The notes under the pieces: model-generated
The model's database searches: none
Told to the model about the DNA's origin: nothing
Seen by the model: the letters and a program-made list of their open reading frames with translations, nothing else
Translations under genes and position numbers: made by a program
Shown here: in pieces, positions 42,128 through 54,483 of the stretch
Numbering within the stretch: position 1 is the stretch's first letter
How the letters are laid out: each line of letters begins with the position of its first letter
Origin: Eledone cirrhosa
Taxonomy: Eukaryota
Assembly (NCBI GenBank): GCA_964016885.1
Contig: OZ024741.1
Location: 374,976,001-375,040,000 of the forward strand
Direction: 5' to 3'
Length of the DNA: 64,000 bases

Positions 42128-43371
42128 CAGCGTTTCTCAAATATGTTCCCCGGAACCCTAGAGTTACACAAGAGGTCGCTAGTGGTAATGCCTTTTTGAG
42201 TAATTTTTGTTTAATTTTATATTCGTAATTTTACTATAAACGTCCGGCATATTGTTGGGGAGTCCTAGGTTATTATAATAAAGGCTTCAAGGGCGGTGGA
42301 TTGACAGTATCGGTAGAGAGTCGGATACCATGCTTTTCAGCATAGAGCTACGGTCCTTAACGGTCTGAGTTCAAATCCCACCGAGGTTAACTTTGCCTTT
42401 GATCATTACGGAGTCGATAAAATAAAGTACCAGTAATGTACTGGGATCGATTTAATCGACTTTCCCAACCCCCCAAATTACTGGCCTTGTGCCTATACTA
42501 GAAATCATTATAATAATGGCCTTAACTTCTTATATAAATAGATATTAATAATTGCTTTTGCTTTAGGCACAAGGCCAGCAATTTAAAGCGGGGGAGGGGA
42601 AAGTCTATTAAATCGACCCTAGTGCTGCATTACTGGTACTTTATTTTATTGACCCCGTAAGGATGAAAGGCAAAGCTAACCTTGGCATAACTCTCTGCCA
42701 CGAAGCTTAGTGTCCGATGCTCTACCGATACTGCCAATCCACCGCCCTTTAATAGATATTAATAATTGTTTCTACTTTAGGCACAAGGCCAGCAATTACC
42801 CAGTGCATTACTGGTACTTTATTTTATCGACCCCGTAAGGATGAAAGGCAAAGTCAACCTCGACGGGATTTGAACTCAGACCGTAAAGGGATGTAACTAT
42901 GCTGCAAAGCATGGCGTCCGACCCTCTACCGATACTGCCAATCCACCGCCCTGATAGATATTAATAATGGTTTCTGACATAGGCACAAGGCCAGTAATTT
43001 TGGGGGAGGGGAATTCGATTAAATTGACCCCAGTGCGTGACTGGTACTTTATTTTAACAACCCCGTAAAGATGAAAGGCAAAGTTAACCTAAAGTTAATC
43101 ACTGCCGATAGATATCAATAATTGTTTCTACATTTGGCACAAGGCCAGCAATTATCCCAGTGCATTACTGGTACTTTATTTTATTGCCCTCGTAAGAATG
43201 AAAAGCAAAGTTAACCTTGGCGGGATTTGAACTCAGACCGTAAAGGGCCGTAACTCTATGCTGCAAAACATGGCTTCCGACTCTCTACCGATACTGCCAA
43301 TCCATATATAATAATTTTATATATGAAATGTTTCAAGAGTTTTTCAAGGGCAAAAACGTTGAGAAACGCTG
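42128..43371. mobile_element. hAT (Charlie-like) MITE containing five nested SINEs
   Basis: TIRs cagcgtttctcaa / ttgagaaacgctg; perfect 8-bp TSD ttctagag (42120-42127, 43372-43379). Confidence 0.9.
42538..43315 (-). mobile_element. Tandem stack of four SINE A copies separated by a repeated target sequence
   Basis: atagatattaataat at 42538, 42752 and 42954, a one-mismatch copy at 43108, and a degenerate copy at 43304. Confidence 0.9.
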
Positions 43372-43762
43372 TTCTAGAGAGATTTATTTACCTCCATATC
43401 TTCTTAAAGGGCATGTGCACTTGAGGAGAAAGGTGTCTGAAGATAATAAAGGCAAAGTGACTAGATGACACAGCTGTAGAAGAATGTTATATGATTGCGG
43501 TTCTTTGACAATCATTCCTCAACTACCTATTTCATGAAGCATTATTATGACCATGTTGACAGGACTACAATGGTGTTGTCATCTCGTCCAACCAACAGTA
43601 GCTTCAAACCAGACACCCTAGCCCTTAATGATGACAAAAGACGTTTGATAGCTTCGCCTTGTTCCTTGTCTATTTGGGCAAATATAAAAGATCAGGCCAG
43701 GTGCAAAAAAAGGTAGTAGCAATTGGTTATTGGTTAGTTGGATGGAGCATAAGAGTGGGGCA

Positions 43763-43794
<32 letters not shown>

Positions 43795-43839
43795 CACTTA
43801 TATATATATATATATACTTATATGTATACATACACACAC

Positions 43840-43900
<61 letters not shown>

Positions 43901-43929
43901 CACCTATATGTATACACACACACACACAG

Positions 43930-44013
<84 letters not shown>

Positions 44014-44399
44014 CTATATGTATACACACACACACAGACGCACACACACACACATATATATATATGTATATATATCTATAGAGAGAGAAAGATAGAAATA
44101 GAGAGAAAGAGAGAGAGAGAGAAAGAGAGAAAGAGAGAGAGGGATGGAGATAAAGAGAGGGAGAGAGAGAGTGAGAGGGGGAGATGATAGATATAAGACA
44201 TAGATCGTTAGCCAGACAGACAGACACAGACATAAATAACGTCTCCCTCTCCCCAAACAAACAAACAAACAAACAAAAAAACAGATGAAGACAGTGAAAG
44301 GAGCTGGAGGGGGAGGGGGAGGAAGGGAGAAAAAGAGAGAGAATAATTAGATTGTTAGAGAAATAAAGGGTGAAATGATGAGGGGCGACAAGTGAGGTG

Positions 44400-44870
44400 G
44401 GGCGGAGTGGTTGGGTGGTGTGGTGGTGTGGTGTGGTGGGGCGATAAGTGAGAGGAAAAGAATGAGGCTGAAGGTGAAGACGATTGTTTTATCACCAGAC
44501 TCTATTCTCTCGCCGTATCACACCACCGCGCCACAGCACCACCCCACCCCACCCCACCGCTCCTCCAGTCTACCACACCACCACACCAGACCTCTCCTCC
44601 AATCCCCCCCCCACTACGCCGCACCACCCCATCAGACTTCTCCTCCACACACCACACCGCTCCACCACACCGCTCCACCACACCACTCCGCACCACCTCT
44701 CCTTACCGCTCCTCCAATCCACCACACCACTCCTCCCCACCATACCACTCCATTCCACCCCACCACTCCACCACACCACCCGCCCACCGCACCGCCCTTC
44801 CACACCACTCCACACCACTCCACCGCACCATCCCCACCACACCACCGCACCATCCCCACTACACCGCTAG
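44400..44870. repeat. (CCA)/(CCACA)-type low-complexity region
   Basis: Direct reading. Confidence 0.85.
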
Positions 44871-44955
44871 TCCACCTGCCGATTTTACCAACTTAAATTA
44901 TATCAACCTTCCAGCTGTGCTGAGCAACCCTGGTGCATTCTTCCTTCTACCCTTT

Positions 44956-46005
44956 ATATTTGCTCTCCCCTACAACAGACGTACTCTAAATTATACAGTT
45001 GTATTCAGTTGAATACTATGTAAATATTATAATTCAATTGATTAACCACCTACCTTTTCAGAAAGTGCACATACCTGTCTCAATCGGATGAACAACACCA
45101 AGTTGAAGCGGAGATACGAAGACAGGGAGGCTTCATAGTGCCTCAAATGGTTGTGCTGAAGGTGAAATCAACTTTAGCTTTGTCAAGTGGTCCAAGTCAT
45201 ACATATATATACAGAGAAATATATATTTTGTTTGCTCTCCCCTAGAAGAGACGTTCTCTAAATTATACAGTTGTATTCAGTTGAATGCTATGTAATATTA
45301 TTAACCATCTTGCTAACAACAACCCTGTGTACCTTTTTGATCTCCATGTGTCTAACACACGTGGACATGCCTACAAAGTCAGAAAACAGCACAGTTCCCA
45401 TGACTTACGGAAACATTTTTTCACGCTCAGAGTTGCTGAAGCAGGGAACAAACTATCCGCATCAGTTGTTAGCTGTCGAGACACTGCATCCTTTAAAACC
45501 TCCATGCTTCCTGAAATTCCCCAACACTATACCTGATATACCCCTCCATACACACACACATGTATATTATGATTCATACACTGTTCATTTTCCTGACATT
45601 TGTACATTATTCTATGTACTATACATGCACATTTGATGAGTTGTAGTGCACCTGAGCACTGTACACAATAATTTCACGGCCCTTTATGATCTGAGTTAAA
45701 ATCCCGCTGAGGTTAACTTTGCCTTTCATCCTTACGAGGTCGATAAAATAAAGTACCAGTAATACACTGGGATAATTGCTGGCCTTGTGACAAAAGTAGA
45801 AACAATTATTATTATTATTACATATTATAATTTAATTGATTAACCACCTACCTTTTCAGAAAGTGCACATACCTGTCTCAATCGGATGAACAACACCAAG
45901 TTGAAGCGGAGGTACGAGAACAGGGAGGCTTCATAGCGCTTCGAATGGTTGTGCTGAAGGTGAAATCAACTTTAGCTTTGTCAAGTGGTCCAAGTCATAC
46001 ATAGA
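44956..46005 (+). repeat. ~265-bp local tandem duplication; second copy split by CR1 and SINE insertions
   Basis: 44959-45205 recurs as 45230-45300 plus 45822-46003. Confidence 0.85.
45303..45676 (+). mobile_element. CR1-clade LINE 3' end (ORF2 C-terminus plus 3' UTR)
   Basis: NTRGHAYKVRKQHSSHDLRKHFFTLRVAEAGNKLSASVVS...SFK matches the CR1/L2 C-terminal signature TRGH..K....R..FF..RV...N.L...VV. Confidence 0.88.
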
Positions 46006-46094
46006 TATATTTCTCTGCATAGCTATGTATCACATACATAGATATACAGAGACATATATATTTTTGTTTATACGTTTTACTGATTTATATATAA

Positions 46095-48570
46095 TTAATT
46101 GTTTCTACTTTAGGCACAAGGCCAGCAATTACCCAGTGCATTACTGGTACTTTATTTTATCGACCCCGTAAGGATGAAAGGCAAAGTGAACCTCGGCGGG
46201 ATTTGAACTCAGATCGTAAAGGGACGTAACTATGCTGGAAAGCATGGCATCAGACCCTCTACCGATACTGCCAATCCAATAATTAATCTTTTATTTACAG
46301 TACCGTAATGGTTTCTGATTTAGGCACAAGGCCAGCAATTTTGGGCGAGGAGGGGAAAGTTGATTAAATCGACCCCAGTGTATTACTGGTGCTTTATTTT
46401 ATCGACCCCGTAAGAATGACAGGTAAAACTAACCTCGGTGGTATTTGAACTCGGAATGTAAAGGAACATGACTATATGCCGCAAAGCATGTTGTCCGACA
46501 CTCTACCGATACTGCCAATCCGCCCTTGTATTACAGTAATAATTGTTCTACTTTAGGCACAAGACCAGCAACTTTGGGGGAGGGGAAAGTTGATTAAATA
46601 GACTCCAGTGTATTACTGGTGCTTTATTTTATCGACGCCGTAAGGATGAATGGCAAAGCTAACCTCGGCGGGACTTGAACTCAGAGCGTAAATGGGCGTA
46701 ACTCTATGCGTATTACGGTAATAATTGTTTCTACTTTAGGCACAAGGCCAGCAATTACTCAGTGTATTACTGGTACTTTATTTTATCGACCCCGTACGGA
46801 TGAAAGGCAAAGTCAACCTCGGCGGGATTTGAACTCAGATCGTAAAGGGACGTAACTATGCTGGAAAGCATGGCGTCAGACCCTCTACCGATACTGCCAA
46901 TCCACCTATACTGCCAATCCACCTATACTGTCAATCCACCAATACTGCCAATCCACCTATACTGTCAATCCACCTATACTGTCAATCCACCGATACTGTC
47001 AATCCACCGATACTGTCAATCCACCTATACTGTCAATCCACCGATACTGTCAATCCACCTATACTGTCAATCCACCGATACTGCTAATCCACCTATACTG
47101 TCAATCCACCGATACTGTCAATCCACCGATACTGTCAATCCACCGATACTGCCAATCCACCGATACTGTCAATCCACCGATACTGTCAATCCACCGATAC
47201 TGCCAATCCACCTATACTGTCAATCCACCAATACTGTCAATCCACCGATACTGTCAATCCACCTATACTGTCAATCCACCTATACTGTCAATCCACCGAT
47301 ACTGCCAATCCACCTATACTGTCAATCCACCTATACTGTCAATCCACCGATACTGTCAATCCACCGATACTGTCAATCCACCTATACTGTCAATCCACCT
47401 ATACTGTCAATCCACCGATACTGTCAATCCACCTATACTGTCAATCCACCGATACTGTCAATCCACCGATACTGTCAATCCACCGATACTGTCAATCCAC
47501 CGATACTGTCAATCCACCTATACTGTCAATCCACCGATACTGCCAATCCACCAATACTGTCAATCCACCTATACTGTCAATCCACCGATACTGCCAATCC
47601 ACCTATACTGTCAATCCACCGATACTGTCAATCCTCCTATACAGTCAATCCACCGATACTGCCAATCCACCAATACTGTCAATCCACCGATACTGCCAAT
47701 CCACCGATACTGTCAATCCACCTATACTGTCAATCCACCGATACTGTCAATCCACCTATACTGTCAATCCACCGATACTGCCAATCCACCTATACTGTCA
47801 ATCCACCGATACTGTCAATCCACCGATACTGCCAATCCACCGATACTGCCAATCCACCTATACTGTCAATCCACCTATACTGTCAATCCACCAATACTGC
47901 CAATCCACCAATACTGTCAATCCACCGATACTGTCAATCCATCGATACTGCCAATCCACCTATACTGCCAATCCACCTATACTGTCAATCCACCAATACT
48001 GTCAATCCACCGATACTGTCAATCCACCTATACTGTCAATCCACCGATACTGCCAATCCACCTATACTGTCAATCCACCAATACTGTCAATCCACCGATA
48101 CTGTCAATCCACCGATACTGCCAATCCACCGATACTGTCAATCCACCGATACTGCCAATCCACCAATACTGTCAATCCACCGATACTGTCAATCCACCAA
48201 TACTGTCAATCCACCGATACTGTCAATCCACCAATACTGTCAATCCACCAATACTGTCAATCCACCTATACTGTCAATCCACCGATACTGTCAATCCACC
48301 AATACTGTCAATCCACCTATACTGTCAATCCACCGATACTGTCAATCCACCAATACTGTCAATCCACCGATACTGTCAATCCACCAATACTGTCAATCCA
48401 CCGCCTTATTACGGTAATAATGGTTTCTGATTTAGGTGCAAACCAATAATGTTTGGGGAGGAGAAAGTCGATTAAATCGACCCCAGTGCGCTACTGGTAC
48501 TTTATTTTATTGACCCCGTATAGATGAAAGCATGTTGTCCGACGCTCTACCGATTCTGCCAAGCCATTAT
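46095..48570 (-). mobile_element. Stack of five SINE A copies; the fourth contains a minisatellite
   Basis: Copies at ~46095, 46305, 46538, 46723 and 48419; spacer tattac(a/g)gtaataat at 46529, 46711 and 48407. Confidence 0.88.
46888..48403. repeat. 17-bp minisatellite (CC[G/T/A]ATACTG[T/C]CAATCCA), ~89 copies, derived from the SINE A 5' end
   Basis: The unit equals the SINE segment ccgatactgccaatcca; the array runs from the SINE body to its terminal ccgcc. Confidence 0.95.
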
Positions 48571-48669
48571 TTACTGTATTATAATGACAAAATAAAAGAG
48601 AGAAAACAAAAGAAAACGAAATTTGATGGTAGTGGGGTATAGAGTGAGGGGGGGAGGGGGGGGGGCACA

Positions 48670-48900
48670 CCATTTTCGGGACGGTATATTTCAGCTGTCC
48701 TCCGCGAACAAGATGACGAAAGCAATGTCGCGGAGAATAGCCGTTGTATCAGCCATTCCACCCCAAAGGGCTCCTTTTTCAGAGTGCAGGCAGCCGAGGA
48801 ACTGCCTGATCAGTGGAAAACGTCTCTTTCACAAGAAAGGAACGACACTCCGATTTTGTTCAGAGAAAAACTAAGTCAAGATACGAAGGACGGTCTGTAA
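48670..48900 (-). mobile_element. CRE-clade 3'-terminal fragment
   Basis: KEPFGVEWLIQRL / AILRDIAFVIL parallels KEPR*VG*LLQRVSLAILRSNAFSIL at ~33850-33935. Confidence 0.55.
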
Positions 48901-50507
48901 TATATAATGGAGGTGATGTAGATGTTTGTAACCTCTACCTTATCTGTTAGAGTAACCTTGTTCCTTTTCCTCCTGGAGGTCTGGTCCGAACTCAACCCTC
49001 AAGTAGTGTAATTAGTCAGCCCAGCGTTCCATGGCACTAGTTATCGACCTGGGTTTGTTTCTCTATGTGCAAAGCTACCAGTCTACTGATTTGTCCGGAT
49101 AATTCCTTTACTGCTCCGACTGGACTGTAGTGTATGTCCCTCTTAGTCTACCTTTTTTCGTTGCTTGATTCTTTTCTCTTTTTATTCCTTTCATTTCCTA
49201 TTTTGTTTCCTTTAATAGTGTGTTTTGTTTTTATTAGATACTGCTCAATTATTTTTATGTAATTATACCCTAGAAATAAAAGCGTAGGAATGTCTTCCTT
49301 ATTCCTGTCAAGGTCACGCATTCTTTTAGAATGTTACCAAACACCTCAATTTTTGTAATACTTGACACTATTACGGTAATGTCGTCCGCGTAATCCAACA
49401 CGTTTCTTACGCGTCTCCGTTTAAACAGGAGCCAACTCTTCTCTTAACGTTCCTATTTCCGTACCAGTGATTCGACAGGTAGTAGAGACAGAAGGAATAA
49501 AACTTGACACCCATAATGGATTGCGCGTTTAATACGAAACGGTTGAGTTAAGGGACCATTTAATCCGACATTTAATGCGATCCAGCCTTTGTTAACTAGA
49601 ACGACACCAGCTATTAGGGGACAGTCATCAAGTAATTATGGTACATTTTATCGAAAGCGTTCAATTGATCCAAATTGATCAGAGCCCCTTCAAAGCAAAG
49701 TTTGTTGCCTATCGTCTCTAAAATGTATCACATCATGTGGTGGCTGCAGTGAATAAATCTGACGTGAAACGCACAGACATTACCGGTCTCCAAGGCAACC
49801 AGATATTCGTACCCCCTCTGGCACTGCAATTTTTCGGCACCCCACTAGTCCCCGTGGTTCCCTACTGTTCAGCCGAGTTGGCTTTATGAATAATGTAGAT
49901 TATCGAGACGACATATCCCTGATGGGTCTGCATGGATCATTAGCCACCGCTTCAGTACTGACTTGATCCATGCAGATCCATCTAGTCCTGTTAGCAGGGA
50001 CAGCGGACATTTAAATGATGATGATGATATAGCTCGGCGCATAGTTCTGCGCTTTCACGAGAACAGAACACTATAATAAGAAACGGCGACCTCTTTGCTA
50101 ACATCTTGGCTATAAAAATTACCCTAAAACAGTAACAATCAGGTTGAAGGGAACAGGTAAAGTTGATAGTGTTTTATTTCTAAAGAATGAAACAGAAGCT
50201 GGCGTCTATTACCACCTGTCTTCTTCTTTCATATGATTTCTATTTCAAGCTAGATTTTTATCAACTTTTACAATGAAGCGAGAGTAAAAAGGAAGGGGAA
50301 GGCATGATGCCCTGTTTAATGGTATAACGGCCGACATACACACCAGCAATTCCAGCCCCGTCCTTCCTTCCCTTCCTTCCCTATGAAGGTATTTGTTCTC
50401 CAAACACCTTGCAGATGTAGTCAGACAAAAGCATCTCATCCTCCCACATTCAATCACAGCTTACAAAAGTGATGAATTTATACGCGCATACACACACGCT
50501 CGCATAT

Positions 50508-50623
<116 letters not shown>

Positions 50624-50624
50624 A

Positions 50625-50749
<125 letters not shown>

Positions 50750-50982
50750 TGGTAGAGGTAATGCGCCCCCACCCAATAATTATATTTTTATATCTTGGTT
50801 GATATTTGATAATAACAGCTAAACTAATCACTACAACTAAATTGACCCCCCCCCCCCATTCAGAAATGCTTCCACCGCCCCTGATATATAAAAATAATAT
50901 ATAACAAAGAAAGTGTGGGAAAGAACCAGGTGGACCATAACGCACCAGAGTACTCGATACTTTGGGTAGTCGAGTGGATAAC

Positions 50983-51084
50983 AGGAAAAGAGTCAGGACC
51001 CCGACGGCTGAGCTCCGACCGTTTCAACAGTTAGATCCGTCGAAACGGCTGGACCTCAGCCGTCGGGGTCTTGATTCTTTTCCT
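50983..51084. repeat. ~100-nt imperfect GC-rich hairpin (tiny MITE or pre-miRNA-like)
   Basis: aggaaaagagtcaggaccccgacggctgag...ctcagccgtcggggtcttgattcttttcct; arms ~48 bp. Confidence 0.8.
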
Positions 51085-51101
51085 AAGTAATATATATATA
51101 T

Positions 51102-51668
51102 ATGATGCAATACTGATTCTTTTTTCCCATTTGCAGCAAAGAGTTACGGCCCTTTATGATCTGAGTTCAAATCCCGCCGAGGTTAACCTTGCCTTTCATC
51201 CTTACGGGGTCGATAAAATAAAGTACCAGTAATACACTGGATTAATTGGTGGCCTTGTGCCAAAAGTAGAAACAATTATTATTGATACTCTACTCCCCAA
51301 GAGCATCGAGTGCTTATCTTGGCATACCCCCTGTGGACGCAATTCAATTGCACTTCTACTACCTACCTATATATATACGTATATATATATATATATATAT
51401 ATGCGTATATATATATATAAGCACTCGATGCTCTTGGGAAGCAGAGTATCAATAATAATTGTTTCTACTTTTGGCACAAGGCCACCAATTACCCAGTGCA
51501 TTACTGGTACTTTATTTTATCGACCCCAGAAGGATGAAAGGCAAAGTTAACCTCGGCGGGATTTGAACTCAGATCATACAGGGAGGTAACTCTATGCTTC
51601 AAAGCATGGCATCCGACCCTCTACCGATACTGCCAATAAATGGGAACAAAGAATCAGTATTGCATCAT
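51102..51668. repeat. Palindrome (arms 51102-51317 and 51417-51668), each arm with a SINE A at the same position
   Basis: Unique flanks atgatgcaatactgattctt / aagaatcagtattgcatcat and ccaagagcatcgagtgctta / taagcactcgatgctcttgg mirror each other. Confidence 0.9.
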
Positions 51669-51714
51669 GTACATATTTAATTACATTTGGGTCTACGTCT
51701 ACATGTGATAACAC

Positions 51715-54295
51715 ATATCTGAGGAGCCAGGGTCAAACATTATTCGATCATTCCTCGAGCTGCTCTGAGAAACGAGGGAACCAAAGCTGTTCGATGGGCC
51801 TACGTGGCAGAGGCGCAGCGTGGTAATAAAACCACAATTCGGTCTTTGACGGACCGAGATGGACACGAGCTGAGCGATTCCAGGCGGATGTGTGACTCCT
51901 TTTGCCAGCACTTTGCTCGGTTGTTCGGGTGGCGGGTCAGAGACGGTAGCAGACTTCAGTCCCTACCTAGACGGCTTACCGCGTCTTTCGACGGCCGACG
52001 CTGAGCGCTGAGAAAGGCCGATAACTTCAGCTGAAATTCAGGATGCCCTTGTCGGCTGCACGAGGCGCAAGTCACCCGGTTTGGATGGTCTGTCCTACGA
52101 GCTTCACGTAAATATCCCAGATTTGTTCTCCGATCTCCTCGAAGCGTTTTACTGCAACTGGCAGCAGAACGGGCGTATTCCCAGTTCTGTGAGCCGGGGT
52201 GTAGTGACGAGAACAAGAGGGACACATTATATAATTTTAGGCCCATAACTCTGCTCAGCACAGAGTTTAAGGTTTTGGCCATGGTGTTAGCGAAGAGGTT
52301 GGCGCTTCTCGTCGAAGATTTGGTTGGGGAGGCGCAAACCAGGTCCACGAACGACAACCTCCACCTCATGCGATATATCATAGAGAGAGTAGAGTGTAAA
52401 CCTGGCTTCGGTGGAGTTCTGATCAATTTAGATCAATTGAAAGTATTCGATAGGGTCAACCATCGGTACCTGGAGGCTATCCTCAGGACAGCTGGCTTCG
52501 GCCCCGTCTTCAGAAGCTGGATCGCTGCAATGCACATCGGCATCTGCTCGGTGGTCAAAGTTAATCTCTCTCCTCCCTTCTGTACGTATTGACTCTCGAG
52601 CCTGTACTGCGGACGCTGGAGATGTTGCAGGGCATCCTCTCGAACAGGGACATGAAAAGGCTGTGTCGGCTTATGCGGACGACATCACCGTGATGGTGTC
52701 GGACACCTCAGAAATTGAGGTGGTCGGCACCTTATTTGAGGAATATGAAAGGCTGAAGGGAGCTAAACTTAACCCGGAAAAGTCAGTGGGCTTGCAGCTC
52801 GTCACCTGGAGAGGCAAGTCCATGCCATCCATCAGCATCGTTGGGCATTGGACGGATGGACCGGTAAAGTTGCTTGTGGCTTGGTTCAGACCAGACCTCC
52901 AGGTGGATAAGAATTGGGACTAGGTGACAATTAGGGTAGCCACTCTCACCCAGAAATGGGCTGCGAGGAAGCTGTCACTGAAAGGTTGGGCGTCCGTCAT
53001 ATACTACCGCCTGACCGTCGTGCCTTGCCCCCGTCCGCACCTCACCAAGTTGGAACGGCTCCTCTTCAAATTCTTGTGGAGGGGACAGGTTCCATTGGTG
53101 AGGCGGTCCATCTGCTGCCAGCACCCTCTACGTTGAGGGCTGTGCATGCCGTGGCTAATGGTGTGCAGATATGCGCTGAGGCTGCGCCTTCTCCAGATAT
53201 TCTGCCTAAACGGTGAACAGGTGTGGTCGCCGTTTGTGAGACAGGCCTTTCCGCAGCTCGTCTCTTTCACTGAGTTGCAGTCCTGGGACAAGAGACCGTG
53301 ACTGGCATCTGGAATGTTGGCAGGAACTCACTGCCCTCTACCAGGCGGGCAATGCGGTCAGTGGAACTTCCACTCTCGAGTTCTATAGAGGATTAGTGGT
53401 GGGCAAGCGTGACGACACACTCGGAGAGGCTCTGGGCATCGACGAAATCGAACTGACCAGTCTGTTTCAGAGGACTTTCGAGCCAGGGACAATGGACAAT
53501 TTCCAGAAATCCCTTGCTTGGCAGTGCTACTGAGGGAAGGGGGAGGGGCGCTGCCGGTTCGAGATAAAATCTACAGGCACGGAAGTGCGGTCAGACGGAC
53601 CTGCCGGAGATGCGCGCTGAGCGACGAAACCGTTCTGCACGCATTCGTCCAGTGTCCGTGCATTACTGACTTGTGGAGTTATGTCGAACAGCTGTTGTCG
53701 CGAGTAGAACGGATCCGGCTATCGGCCAAGTCCATAGTGAAGATCGACCCACCGCCTTCTTTTGTCCAAGAAGGGCAGGCAATTTTCCTCTGTCTGGTGG
53801 CAGTAGCGAAAGAGGTTGTATGGTGGACCAGGTTGAAAAGACTGAAGACAGACACTTTTCTCTTCGGCCAATCCCTCATCAACGTTTTCAAATTTCCCTT
53901 GGAAAGTGAAGGTGAGGGTGGAGATAGTGCTGCCCCATCTCCCCAGTACATTTGCTGAAAGGTGGGTGAATGTGGCGAGAATGATCGGTGTGAGTGGGCC
54001 TACTCTGATCATGCGCCTGTAGGCTGGTGAATTTGAGGAGGAGAGGGGTGCCCTTCCCGGGTGCCATCGAAGCCTCGGGTGGTTCAGGATTGGTAGGGTA
54101 CTTGAATTAACCCTAGGTGGTTATCCCTCCTATTGGAGAATTTTCATTGTTGTAATTTTCTTCTTTATTGTTATTGTTTTCCTATTTTTGACTCGATTTT
54201 TGTGTAAAACTACCACTGTCTCTGACTTTTGTATTGTCCCCTATATGTCGGCCCTTGTGACCAATAAATGAAACCATGAAATGAAATGAAACCAT
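51715..54295 (+). mobile_element. Tx1/L1-clade LINE, 5'-truncated and frameshifted, (ATGAA)n tail
   Basis: FRPITLLSTEFKVLAMVLAKRL; LINLDQLKVFDRVNH; SAYADDITV; ALPVRDK..CRRC...ETVLHAFVQC; ends aataaatgaaaccatgaaatgaaatgaaacc. Confidence 0.92.
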
Positions 54296-54483
54296 TATAT
54301 ATATATACATATGCGGTGCTCCATAATGGCCTCAGCCTGTCGGCAGGAACACGTAATATAGCAGGATCAGTTGGAGACGGTTGCTTCTGACAGGATCTGC
54401 TGGCAGGAGTGTTTGAGGACTCTGCCCCCACGGCCCTTTGAGGAATAAGTGGGCGAAGAAGAATAAGAATATATATATATATA

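Noticed and set aside
42538-43315. CRISPR-like repeat-spacer appearance
   Set aside because: Eukaryotic DNA with no cas genes; the spacers are SINE copies and the repeats are target-site duplications.
46858-48417. 519-aa repetitive ORF
   Set aside because: Translation of a stop-free 17-bp minisatellite that starts inside a SINE; no evidence of a real protein.
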